Source: a virus (lineage: Duplodnaviria; Caudoviricetes). Taken from it: a DNA stretch of 64,000 nucleotides. Numbering within the stretch: the stretch's first letter is position 1; the number at the start of each line of letters is the position of its first letter. This document shows, piece after piece, positions 48,409 through 59,133 of the stretch. The translations under genes were made by a program, and so were the position numbers. Location: the IMG/VR virus record IMGVR_UViG_2061766007_000586, positions 64,001 through 128,000 of that record; one strand, written 5' to 3'. The notes under the pieces were generated by a model. That model searched no databases. It saw nothing but the letters and a program-made list of their open reading frames with translations, and was not told the origin of the DNA.

Positions 48409-51400
48409 TTAAGCATTGAATTCAATAACAGCACCTTCATCAGCCGATATGATTGCTCCTGCATTACTTGTTACATTCAATGCAGAACCATCACTGGCAA
48501 CATAAAGTGTACCATCAGAACTTACAACAATATTAGTTACTGAAGCATTTGCAGAAATATGAAGTTCACCATGATCGTGAATAGTAACACTATCTATTGT
48601 ACAACCAGGATTGCAGAACATAGCTCCAGTATAGATATTGACATTTGACACTATACTACTAGTAATTCTAGCAGTGCATGCACTATCAATATCTAAACCA
48701 TTAATCGTACCGTTAACAAGTTGTAAATACCCTTCGCATTTAACATGATCCATATGGACATTATCAGAAGCCATAGTCCATGTTGCTATACGAGCACTCG
48801 TAAAAGATCCTCCATTTAGATAAACATTACCTCCTAATATAGCAACATTGCTTGCTACATTACCGTTTAACATTAATCTATACGGAGCACCAGAGAATGT
48901 CACATTACTCAAATATCCACTAGTAAGAACAGCATAATCAATTCTTAATGTCGCATCAAGAATAGTACCACCCGTCACATAGCAAGATATTGTCCAACCA
49001 GGAGTAGGTGTTAAATTCGCACCACTTAGTGTAGTATTCGAATGTATTGTTACTATACTCAGATTACTTGTTGTATGATCGATTACATGAGACGCAAATG
49101 TAACACTTGCACCAGTTGCTATCTCAACATATCCACCATCTTCAACAATATCCGTAGCTGTTGCACCCGAAGATACAATAAGTCTTGTACACTCACCTAC
49201 AACAACATTAGAGGCCGAAGCTAATGGATATAAAGTCATACAACAATATCCCGTTATATTGTTTGTCATTGAAACACTTTCAAACAATCCATGGGCAAAT
49301 CCATACAAATATGCAGCATCATTACTAACACTAACTGAAGCATTGCTTACAACACCACCTGATCTAGCAAATAATCTTCCTCCTGTCATGCTAACATTTT
49401 CAACAACACCATTATCCATAGCACAAACAATATAAATTGTAGACCATGCGACTGACACATTACTTAAGGAGTCAACTATATATTGCGAATCTTCTGAATT
49501 ATAAAGTACACCACTATACTGACTTGTATAAGTAATATATGCACCCGTACGAGATATAATCATACCTGTGCCTGTTGGAGGATAATCAACGTTAACAGCA
49601 GTACCGCCAGAAGATACTTCTAGCATTCCTGTATTTACCATAACATTCGAGCATATACCATTAGAGTATACGTAAAGATTACCTGCACTTAATGTGATAT
49701 CTGTTGCAGTTGTTAATTCATGAACTGTCATTCTAACACCTGAACTGAGAACCAGCCCAGAAGTTAATGTAGAAGCAAAAGTAACATTTGCATTTTCATC
49801 AGCGGAGACATAACCACCATTTTCACGAATATTAGTAACAATACCACCGCTAGAGATAAATATACCACCTTTTGCTTTAACTATAACGTTATCAGCAATT
49901 CCACTAGAAAGAACATGCAGATATCCACTAGAAATAGTAAGATTACTTGCAACTGTGTTAGAATGAATTGTGGCTGAGCCACTTGATAATACTCCACTAA
50001 ATACATGTGAAGCAAATGTAGCAGTTGCACCAGATACAATACCAACATAACCACCATTTTCGATGATATCATTTGCTACAGCACCTTCAGATACCACAAG
50101 ATATCCACCATTAACTACAGTGATAGTACTAGCAATACCACCTGCATGAATACCAGTACTCCATGTACAAACGGTAGTATTGTACACAACACCGCCAGAA
50201 TTAACATGAAGATCACCGCTTACATTTACATTACTGGCTGTACCACCGGAGCTAATATAGAGGAAAACTTGTCCTCCAGAGACTGTGACATTGTTAGCAA
50301 TACCACCATTCTTAACACTCATACTACAGAGATTTGCTACAGTAATATTGTCTACAACACAGCCTTCTAATACGTCTAAGTAATCCCACTGAGTAAGTTT
50401 AAAATTAGAACCACTACCATTTCTAAATTCAATAGCAGAGCCAGCATATGTTCCTGCAACACAAGTATCAGATGCAATAGTTAATTTTAACGCAGCACCT
50501 GCTTTTGCGTTAATACCAGTAGCTGTACCACCGCTATAAACATAGAAATAACCGCCAGAGTTGATAGTTGTGCTATTAGCAACACCACCACTAGAAATAA
50601 ATATATCTCCGCCGACGTTAAGTGTAGTATTACTTAATATACCATTAGAATTTATATAAGCAGATCCACCTCTACTAATATTAGTATTAGTAGCGATACC
50701 AGAATCAAATACTTCCATGACTACAGTTGAACCTAAAGTTTTACCAGTCATTGAATCAGTATGTGATAATAGTGTACCATTTGATCCATAATAAACTCCA
50801 GTGAACAGAATATCAGTAGCATATGTTACATATGCACCAGCTTGCGAAACAACTCTACCTTCAGTTGGTGTACGTGAAATATTTAATGCAGTTCCTCCAG
50901 ATGAAACACAGAGATATCCACCGGAGCTAACCACAGTATTACTCGCTATCCCACCGGAAAGAACATATACATTACCTCCAACCAGGTATATATCATTCGC
51001 TAATCCATCAGAATATATGGTTGCATTAGCACTAGAATAAAGTGATGCCGAGTTCATTGTACCACCAGAAGATATGTACAAAGAACCACCAGATGCAGTA
51101 GTATCATTAAGTATACCACCATCTCTAACATTTATTCCATAGTTGTATACTACACCAGGACTTGATACACATACGGCTGAAACACCAGTAGCTTCACCAC
51201 CACTAATGACTAAACCACCGGCTATAAGTTCAGTATCACTAGCTATACCACCAGAACTGACAACTAGAGTACCATAAACTTTATTGCCTGATACCACACC
51301 ATTTTCTTTTACATGCAGTACACCTTCAACCTGATAACGTGAATCTGTTGGCTCTGTTACTATAGCAACACCACCACTAGAAATATACGTATAGTTGAGA

Positions 51401-54400
51401 TACAATACAGTAGCTCCTGCACGAGAATCAACAACACCACCTTGACTATCTATATCAACAGCAGAACCACCAGACATGACTGTTAAAGTACCACCACTCA
51501 TTATAGGATAGGTTAATATTCCACCTGCACTGACAGTTATAGCACCACCTGTCATAGTGATATCTTCAGCACTGCCACCAGATAAAATGGTTACACTATC
51601 TAATCCACCTCCAACATTACTTAAGACATGACCAGAGAAATAAGCATTTTCCATGGTCCTCCAACCATAAGTGTAGTAAGCGTTGATGTATGTATTCGGA
51701 GCAACTGTAACTCTAATGCGACCAACTTGTGGCATAACGTGAGAAATATAGCATCCAGATTTACCATCAATTGATAGTGCGATTCCAGAAGCGTTAACAA
51801 AAGAACCACCGCTATAAACTGTAACAGTGTTGTATTTGCCAACACAGCTATTTCCACCATCGTAAATAGCACCTGATGAAATATTAACACGTCCATTATT
51901 GTTATAATCCGAATTACCAATCTTAGAAATAGTAGCACTATCAGCTATATTGACTACGCCACTATAAAGTGTTATTAAATCTACAACACCTTGTGATATA
52001 GTTGCTGTACCTTTGTTAAGATCTATGTGTGATGCAGAAGCATTGGAAAGAACATTTACAACGTTATTTGCACCAAATACTGATACATTAGAAAGAATAG
52101 CACCACTTGTTGCATTTAAAGTACCAGACTGCATGACCAGATATTCTGCACTAGTCATATCAGTATCAACATTAGACACACCAGAACTAACTACTATTAA
52201 ATTGCCTTCTTCATTAATCCACTCAATATAAGCACCGTTGGTGATGGTAACTCTTTCAAGGTATGCAGTACTAACATGTAGTGCAGTACCACCAGAAGCT
52301 ATTGCAAACGCATTACCTTGCGGTACAGTTGGATTAATTATAACGCCACTAGGATTAACAGTAAATTCTCTGAAATTCTGAATAACAGGATTAACAACAG
52401 AAGCACCCGAGAAAACTCGTACGTAATTACTATTCACACCTGTAATACCAAATAGTGTTGTACCAGAATGTAATTGAATATTTTTTCCACTTATCATCTG
52501 GAGACCAGAAATATAATTAGGTGTAAAATGCTTAACCTTAGATACTACACCCGGTTCTATATTCCCACCATGTTCTGTACAATTACTGATAGTTGTATTG
52601 CCATTGCCGCCAGTAACATAGCCGCCATACAGTACCTGAAGATTATCAATAGTCGTACCATTGAAACATGACAAATCACCTAATCTAACCAATACATTAC
52701 CATAAGAACAATCAGATATACTTACTTTACTATTATTGTCGATAATTAAATCCCATTCTCCTTTACTAAAAACAAGAGAAGTATCATCAATAACATCAAG
52801 TGCATATCTAGCTGAAGCTGATGCATAATCAACACCTACAGCCATATGATTAAATTCAACCCCAGATGTATCCTGTAAATGAATATAATCATGGAATCCT
52901 TCTGATGTTACACCATCAGCAAGATTGTAAACTCCTGAAGATAATTCTTCATCTGGCATTGTTAATGTATAAATAGGTGTACCACTAACCATAGATATAG
53001 GAGAAAGTAACCTACTATTATCTGGTACTAAACTTGTTAAATCAAAGTTAATAACACCACCAGATTGTACGTCAAATCCCTTATACTGATTGGTACAAAC
53101 CATACTACCTGTTATTGTACCACCTAAAACAAGTATTCCAACACCCCAGTCGTATCCAGTTCTCAATGCAACATTACTAGCATATCCATATACACGTACA
53201 TTAGCAGCCGTACCAGTTGCACTGACATTAACTGCTGAACCACCAGATGATATAATTGCACCACCATAGTTAGTCGCATTTAAGTCATAGCCATAACCAC
53301 CACTAAGTATAAGGATGCCTCCGTGATTTATTCTTCCGGCACTAAGGACACCACCTGAATGAACCCTAATATCTATATTAGAACCACCAATATCAATACC
53401 TGTTGTACCTGAGTGCATTGTGCAATTACCAACACTCAAACCAGAAAATGTATTAGGGATATAATTAACTAATGCTGATTCGTGCGCTGAAACATTACCA
53501 CCATTCTCTGTAACATTAATAGCAGAACCACCTATAAAAACGCTTAAATGACCATATGGATTAACAACAACATTACTAGCTATACCAGAGTATTTAACCC
53601 CAAGCTTTCCAGAATTATTTACTATGATATCAGTAGCTGTTGTACCAGAATGTACGGTAGCATAATTACTTTCTATTGTAAGTTCGGAAAACGCATTTGG
53701 AACAAAAGTTGCATTACCTGCATGATTGTTATTATCGAAACCGGTATTAACATAACCTCCGTTTTCTACAATCAATTTTGCATGGCTATGAGCGTTAGAA
53801 CCAAGTGTAAGCGAACCTCCATAGTTAACTACAGTACTTGTAATTCTACCCATTGATGACACATACATAGAACCACCACTATTAATAGTTGTATCTGTAT
53901 ATCTTTCATCTGGTAATACTGTAATAGTCTGACCATTATTAATAATTGTACCAGAAATAGGAATACTGTAGTTATCTAATATAAACATTAAACGACTAGT
54001 AGTATTATCGATTTCTAATGTAATCTCTCTATCTTCACAAACAACTGGATTTCCGAGAGTAAGAACACAAGCACTTACTCCGTCTTTATAGACAGTAACA
54101 GGATATTGTGAAAACTGAGATCCAGGCCAAGCAAGTCTATACGAACCTTGTGAATTAGCACTTGTAAAATGAAGAGTACAGATAGGACTATCATCAATAT
54201 CAATAGTACCATTATTACTATATCTAGTAGAAGTAGTATTAACAGGCGTTAAACCTACTAAATTATAATCAAGAATAGCACCAGATCTAACTAATGCACT
54301 TGCACCAGATCCAACACTGACGAATCCTTTTAATGTACCACCTGATGATACAACTAACCCATAGCCACTTGATTTAGTTATAGTAACCGAATCAGCTACA

Positions 54401-57400
54401 GCTCCATCTCTAACATACACCATACCTGTAGCAATAGTTGTGTCATATGCTGAACCACCAGCCATAATGTTAGCTACACGATCCTTGGTGAATTTAAGAC
54501 GTCTGATACTTCCTCCAGAATTAACTTGGACATACCCACCATCACCGATATTAGCGATATCTACACTTCCACCAGAATAGATTTCTAATCTTTTACTTAC
54601 TGGTAAATCATAATCGCTAACACCAGCTATCTGATCAGCTATTTGACCTTCATAGCCATAATAAACACCAGAAAGGTTACTAGTATAAGTAACTGAAGCA
54701 CCAGCATGTGAAAATACCAATGCGGTAAATGGTGTGTTTTCAACATTAAGAGCTGTTCCTCCGGAAGATACTTCAATATACCCACCTGAACTAAGTCTTA
54801 CGTTGTTAACATATCCATCTAATCCAACAAAGATTTCACCAGTACCATCTTGCGCTGAAACATTATTAGCAATAGCACCAGAATTGATAAGTAATTTCGC
54901 ACTAGATATTAATGATACATTATCAACTATTCCGCTAGAATAAACATCTAATTTATCATCAACAATGGTAGCATCACTGACTATAGTGTTAGAATGAACG
55001 GTGATACCATTCCAATATCCTGAACCTATTGATCCAGTTATTGTATTCGATGCTATTGCGTAAACAGCTCCTTCTTCAGGTCTGAATGATCCACCATTTT
55101 CTACAATGTTCAAAGCAGTACCACCAGAAGAAACAGTTAATTCGTTTCTATAATGTAAAGTTACACTATTTACAATACCAGAATTATAAACATATCCAGA
55201 ATTTCCTGTAATATCTATTAATGTTGTTCCAGAATGTACAGTATACTTATTTGTTGAAACACCAGATACATGATTAGGAGCAATAACAGATGTGGAAATA
55301 TTTTGGTTATCTAATAAACTAAAATATCCGCCATTTTCAGTAATGTTGTAGTAACTTCCATGATCACCAGTAAGAGATGCACCAGGATTAACAATCACAT
55401 TAGATACTGTACCATAATTAGATACTACCAGTGCAGCACCTGAATTTAAAGTAATATCAAACACATCGGCACGAGCATTTATAAGGAGAGATCCTTCATT
55501 TACCTCAATATTAGAAGCAATACCGTCACCGTAAACATACATTCTACCACCAGAAGTGATAGTTGTATCTACACATGATCCTCCACTACTTACGTCTACA
55601 AAAGCAGAATTACCATTGATAATACTACTTTCTAATACAGTACCTGAATGTAATGTAGCTGAATTCTTACCAGTGATTTCTAAATCAGTAATCGTGTTAG
55701 GTGCAAATGTAACAGTAGCATCACTTATATAAACATAACCACCATTTTCTGTAACTTTCGGTAATACAGCACCACTACTAACATTTAATCTACCGCCATA
55801 ATTAACAGTAATATCATCAGGGCTAGTACTATTTCCTGTAACGGTAATAACTTGACCATAAGCAATTATCATGGTATCTAAATCAGATAAAGAAATAGCA
55901 AAGTATTCTTCTTTACCTTTCACCTTTAACTGATTAAAATACTGATAAGCGCAATCTAATGGTTCTGCTGCTTGGAACATTGTACTATAAGTAGTTCCAC
56001 TTAAATTAATATTGGTTCCACTTGATACAAATGTAGCAGGATCTATAATAGTAATTTCACCGGCAGGTGTACCATCAGCATAAGCAACACCAAATTTAAG
56101 CTCAGTGGCTGCAATTCGATCATATTTAAATTTGATTAAATTTACATCAAGTTTGTAGTTATGACCAGCTATACCGATGTTATCACCGGTTAAAATACTA
56201 CTTACATTGTTTGCATAACTAAGTTCTTCAGTCAGACGAACATATCCAGATGCTGATGGAAATGCTGTTATACTTTCATCGAGATATCCACCAATTGATC
56301 CATCAGGGAATCTTGTCCAGATTGTATTCTTATTTGCGGCAAATTTCTTATAGCCTGTTAATGCACATAAGAACTCCTCTAATACGCCACCATGATAATC
56401 CAAATTAGCAAATTTCTTAATACCAACTCTAACTGTATAATTGTTAAACTTGGTACCTTTCTTCATCTGAAATCCCCATGATACCAAACGAATACCATCA
56501 GTATTCGTCATCGATTTGCAATACTTTTCTCTATCAGTATCATCAGGAGATGTATATTTCGCTTGGATCTTTAGAATTTCTGTACCGTTATGGTTAATAA
56601 CATAAAGCTCGTGTGAAACAGAACCACCAGTAAATGTACTAGTACCTTCTATTGATCCAGAAACATATTCCCACCAAAGCAGCCAAGTACCAGAAATACC
56701 TTGTCTAGGGAAGAACACATTCCACACGGTTTTACTATTACCTAATGGCCAAATAACGTTGCGATAATACGAAGTATCATTATTTGTTGTTGTACCATTA
56801 AAAGTAATAGTTCCATCAGCGTTATGCTTAATAGTAATACCACCTTGAGAATATGTCTTTTGACTTATTTTAACAAGATTAGCTACCATGTTATCGTCTT
56901 GTGCATAATAGCACATAGCAGTAACACTTGCACTAATTGAAGGAGTTTTAACAGACGTTGCTGTAAATGTACATTCACCATCTGAATGAATAGTGATATG
57001 TCCATTCTCATCTACTGTAGCGATTTCATCATTAGAACTTGACCAAGTTAATGCAGAAGCTGTAGGACTACCTATAATAGCAGCAGGTTCATACACAACT
57101 TTAATATCTTGCTGATTTACAATCTTACTATCTGCATATAACGTTAAGTTTTCTAAATCTAAATCATCAATGCTGATTTCTTCAAGATTAAACGCTACTC
57201 TAAATCTACCTTGCATCGTAGCGTTTATAATTGTAGCTAATCCTAAAAAGTCAACAACTTTTTCCGATATAAAAGAAGTACTAGCTATATCGTTACGGAA
57301 CTGATCCTCAGATGTTAAATTAATAGTTGTTGCTATTGTTCCATCGCTATAATACAGATTGAAATAAGCAGGAGCATTTTTAAATATTGTTGTTGTATTT

Positions 57401-58803
57401 TCAGGCTTTTCAACAATCTGAACAGTGAATCGATATGCTTTTCCTATTTCTGTAATACGATCACCTGTTACAATTGTAGCAGGACCAGAATTTGTACTTG
57501 TGTAAGAACGGCTATAACGATAAACAGCAGCAGCAGTATTAAGTCCAAAAATTGAAAATGACCCGTCGCATATTCTTGTGTGTGGACCATTTCCCATATA
57601 CTGAGCAAATGTATTAGGTGCAAGCATATAAGGTTCTAATAACCCAAAGTTATACACCTGACCATTAGTCGGATATTTTTTAATACCAATTCGAATTTGA
57701 TAATTGTTAAATACAGTTCCAGATGATGCAAAGATACGGATACCATAAATATTTTTAGTATCATTATGAATTAACTTAGCATGTGTATGCTGAGCAATCT
57801 GTAATGTATTATACAATTCAAGCTGATATTCGGATACTGTTATATTCGAAGAAGAAGGATGTTTAGAACAAAAATCAATATACACACGACCTGATGACAC
57901 AGTACATGAACCACCTAATTCTTCACACCATAAAAGAAGATTTCCTTCTATATCAGAACAATCAAAATAGGTTGGAACTTGAGCGTTATTGGCTAATGGT
58001 GATACAGTAAACTCAGCATTTTGAGTCATTGTTCCATTCAGTGTGAGAACACCTTGATTACTCATCTGAATGGTAACACCATAGGTTGTGTCTGTTGATG
58101 AATATGGTTTAGCAACAGCACAATTTTTCACAACATTAACATCAGGTTCTAATAAACAATAAGCTGTTATTGAACCACTATTCGTAGGATCAGAACCAGT
58201 AAATGTAAAACTACAGGCACCATCAGATACAACAGTAACAACGTCATTTGACATCGTAGCTACTGTAACATCCTGCGATGCCCAAGTTCCTGTTTGATCT
58301 TCTGCATATGCTTCTGTCGGTAAAATCACTTTAGCAGATTTTACGATACAAGGCATAGTGTAAATATCCATCGCAGGGGTTACAAAAAGATTCAGCATAG
58401 CTAATCTTTGAGTAATATAAGCAGAAGAAATTGCTACACTATAATCCGCTAATGGACTACCATCGGATTGATAAGTAACAACTTGTTCATCACCAACCAG
58501 ATTAGCTAAGACCTCAAGGTCTCCTGCAAACGGTTCATCATTTGAATCTAAAAAATTAGGAGCAAGTTCAGCAATAGCCTGGTCAAATTTAGTGCAAAAA
58601 TTTTTATCCATAGGAGCAAAAATAGTTGCATAAGCTGTACTAGGATCAATTGATAACGTAATACCTGCTTCTGTTTCTTTTTCGTTTAAACCTTCAACTA
58701 AGGTTTTAGCAGCAGTATCTTCTGTAAGAAGAATACCGCCACCTTCTAATAAAAGCTGCCAATTAGATGCTGATCTGTCAGCTCCAAGTAAAGCACCAGC
58801 CAT
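48409..58803 (-). CDS. Giant adhesin-like virion protein with an Ig-like domain and AIDA-type beta-helix repeats
   Basis: 3464 aa; Big_2-like LTWSSSNDEIATVDENG; two GITxxxNxDGTITFNGT-type modules; dozens of VSSGGxAxxxxVxxGG and ENGGYV repeats. Confidence 0.8.
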   Translation of the reverse strand: MAGALLGADRSASNWQLLLEGGGILLTEDTAAKTLVEGLNEKETEAGITLSIDPSTAYATIFAPMDKNFCTKFDQAIAELAPNFLDSNDEPFAGDLEVLANLVGDEQVVTYQSDGSPLADYSVAISSAYITQRLAMLNLFVTPAMDIYTMPCIVKSAKVILPTEAYAEDQTGTWASQDVTVATMSNDVVTVVSDGACSFTFTGSDPTNSGSITAYCLLEPDVNVVKNCAVAKPYSSTDTTYGVTIQMSNQGVLTLNGTMTQNAEFTVSPLANNAQVPTYFDCSDIEGNLLLWCEELGGSCTVSSGRVYIDFCSKHPSSSNITVSEYQLELYNTLQIAQHTHAKLIHNDTKNIYGIRIFASSGTVFNNYQIRIGIKKYPTNGQVYNFGLLEPYMLAPNTFAQYMGNGPHTRICDGSFSIFGLNTAAAVYRYSRSYTSTNSGPATIVTGDRITEIGKAYRFTVQIVEKPENTTTIFKNAPAYFNLYYSDGTIATTINLTSEDQFRNDIASTSFISEKVVDFLGLATIINATMQGRFRVAFNLEEISIDDLDLENLTLYADSKIVNQQDIKVVYEPAAIIGSPTASALTWSSSNDEIATVDENGHITIHSDGECTFTATSVKTPSISASVTAMCYYAQDDNMVANLVKISQKTYSQGGITIKHNADGTITFNGTTTNNDTSYYRNVIWPLGNSKTVWNVFFPRQGISGTWLLWWEYVSGSIEGTSTFTGGSVSHELYVINHNGTEILKIQAKYTSPDDTDREKYCKSMTNTDGIRLVSWGFQMKKGTKFNNYTVRVGIKKFANLDYHGGVLEEFLCALTGYKKFAANKNTIWTRFPDGSIGGYLDESITAFPSASGYVRLTEELSYANNVSSILTGDNIGIAGHNYKLDVNLIKFKYDRIAATELKFGVAYADGTPAGEITIIDPATFVSSGTNINLSGTTYSTMFQAAEPLDCAYQYFNQLKVKGKEEYFAISLSDLDTMIIAYGQVITVTGNSTSPDDITVNYGGRLNVSSGAVLPKVTENGGYVYISDATVTFAPNTITDLEITGKNSATLHSGTVLESSIINGNSAFVDVSSGGSCVDTTITSGGRMYVYGDGIASNIEVNEGSLLINARADVFDITLNSGAALVVSNYGTVSNVIVNPGASLTGDHGSYYNITENGGYFSLLDNQNISTSVIAPNHVSGVSTNKYTVHSGTTLIDITGNSGYVYNSGIVNSVTLHYRNELTVSSGGTALNIVENGGSFRPEEGAVYAIASNTITGSIGSGYWNGITVHSNTIVSDATIVDDKLDVYSSGIVDNVSLISSAKLLINSGAIANNVSAQDGTGEIFVGLDGYVNNVRLSSGGYIEVSSGGTALNVENTPFTALVFSHAGASVTYTSNLSGVYYGYEGQIADQIAGVSDYDLPVSKRLEIYSGGSVDIANIGDGGYVQVNSGGSIRRLKFTKDRVANIMAGGSAYDTTIATGMVYVRDGAVADSVTITKSSGYGLVVSSGGTLKGFVSVGSGASALVRSGAILDYNLVGLTPVNTTSTRYSNNGTIDIDDSPICTLHFTSANSQGSYRLAWPGSQFSQYPVTVYKDGVSACVLTLGNPVVCEDREITLEIDNTTSRLMFILDNYSIPISGTIINNGQTITVLPDERYTDTTINSGGSMYVSSMGRITSTVVNYGGSLTLGSNAHSHAKLIVENGGYVNTGFDNNNHAGNATFVPNAFSELTIESNYATVHSGTTATDIIVNNSGKLGVKYSGIASNVVVNPYGHLSVFIGGSAINVTENGGNVSAHESALVNYIPNTFSGLSVGNCTMHSGTTGIDIGGSNIDIRVHSGGVLSAGRINHGGILILSGGYGYDLNATNYGGAIISSGGSAVNVSATGTAANVRVYGYASNVALRTGYDWGVGILVLGGTITGSMVCTNQYKGFDVQSGGVINFDLTSLVPDNSRLLSPISMVSGTPIYTLTMPDEELSSGVYNLADGVTSEGFHDYIHLQDTSGVEFNHMAVGVDYASASARYALDVIDDTSLVFSKGEWDLIIDNNSKVSISDCSYGNVLVRLGDLSCFNGTTIDNLQVLYGGYVTGGNGNTTISNCTEHGGNIEPGVVSKVKHFTPNYISGLQMISGKNIQLHSGTTLFGITGVNSNYVRVFSGASVVNPVIQNFREFTVNPSGVIINPTVPQGNAFAIASGGTALHVSTAYLERVTITNGAYIEWINEEGNLIVVSSGVSNVDTDMTSAEYLVMQSGTLNATSGAILSNVSVFGANNVVNVLSNASASHIDLNKGTATISQGVVDLITLYSGVVNIADSATISKIGNSDYNNNGRVNISSGAIYDGGNSCVGKYNTVTVYSGGSFVNASGIALSIDGKSGCYISHVMPQVGRIRVTVAPNTYINAYYTYGWRTMENAYFSGHVLSNVGGGLDSVTILSGGSAEDITMTGGAITVSAGGILTYPIMSGGTLTVMSGGSAVDIDSQGGVVDSRAGATVLYLNYTYISSGGVAIVTEPTDSRYQVEGVLHVKENGVVSGNKVYGTLVVSSGGIASDTELIAGGLVISGGEATGVSAVCVSSPGVVYNYGINVRDGGILNDTTASGGSLYISSGGTMNSASLYSSANATIYSDGLANDIYLVGGNVYVLSGGIASNTVVSSGGYLCVSSGGTALNISRTPTEGRVVSQAGAYVTYATDILFTGVYYGSNGTLLSHTDSMTGKTLGSTVVMEVFDSGIATNTNISRGGSAYINSNGILSNTTLNVGGDIFISSGGVANSTTINSGGYFYVYSGGTATGINAKAGAALKLTIASDTCVAGTYAGSAIEFRNGSGSNFKLTQWDYLDVLEGCVVDNITVANLCSMSVKNGGIANNVTVSGGQVFLYISSGGTASNVNVSGDLHVNSGGVVYNTTVCTWSTGIHAGGIASTITVVNGGYLVVSEGAVANDIIENGGYVGIVSGATATFASHVFSGVLSSGSATIHSNTVASNLTISSGYLHVLSSGIADNVIVKAKGGIFISSGGIVTNIRENGGYVSADENANVTFASTLTSGLVLSSGVRMTVHELTTATDITLSAGNLYVYSNGICSNVMVNTGMLEVSSGGTAVNVDYPPTGTGMIISRTGAYITYTSQYSGVLYNSEDSQYIVDSLSNVSVAWSTIYIVCAMDNGVVENVSMTGGRLFARSGGVVSNASVSVSNDAAYLYGFAHGLFESVSMTNNITGYCCMTLYPLASASNVVVGECTRLIVSSGATATDIVEDGGYVEIATGASVTFASHVIDHTTSNLSIVTIHSNTTLSGANLTPTPGWTISCYVTGGTILDATLRIDYAVLTSGYLSNVTFSGAPYRLMLNGNVASNVAILGGNVYLNGGSFTSARIATWTMASDNVHMDHVKCEGYLQLVNGTINGLDIDSACTARITSSIVSNVNIYTGAMFCNPGCTIDSVTIHDHGELHISANASVTNIVVSSDGTLYVASDGSALNVTSNAGAIISADEGAVIEFNA

Positions 58804-58840
58804 TTTAACCTCCGGTGTTAGTTGTTAACGTTCTAAAATT

Positions 58841-58849
58841 CATATCATG
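58841..58849 (-). promoter_or_regulatory. Late-type motif variant CATGATATG
   Basis: CATnnTATG pattern between the terminator and the 58803 start. Confidence 0.45.
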
Positions 58850-58867
58850 GCCGGCAAAAATGAAGAA

Positions 58868-58897
58868 ACACAGAGCCAGGATATCCTGGCTCTGTGT
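58868..58897 (-). terminator. Terminator
   Basis: ACACAGAGCCAGGA/TCCTGGCTCTGTGT. Confidence 0.8.
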
Positions 58898-58903
58898 AAG
58901 CTT

Positions 58904-59131
58904 TTAAATTGCAGATAAAATGAATTGAATAATTTCAATTATCTTTAACCAAACAGTTTGCCACCATTTCGGCTTAACTTGCTCATCAGAAGTTTGTTCT
59001 TCAATCTGAGCACTACCTCCTTCTGAAGCATTAATGCTAATAGGAATAGTGTGATCCATTTCATTCCCATCATCATCTAATTCTACAGCATGAAGTTGAT
59101 TTTGATTTACAATTTCAATATCATCAGGCAT
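58904..59131 (-). CDS. Small acidic protein with C-terminal amphipathic helix
   Basis: 75 aa, starting 2 nt after the upstream stop; KWWQTVWLKIIEIIQFIL. Confidence 0.6.
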   Translation of the reverse strand: MPDDIEIVNQNQLHAVELDDDGNEMDHTIPISINASEGGSAQIEEQTSDEQVKPKWWQTVWLKIIEIIQFILSAI

Positions 59132-59133
59132 GA

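Noticed and set aside
35812-58803. CRISPR-like array, or small antisense genes within the giant ORFs
   Set aside because: Repeats are degenerate at third codon positions and encode protein motifs; the small ORFs are shadows of repetitive coding sequence.
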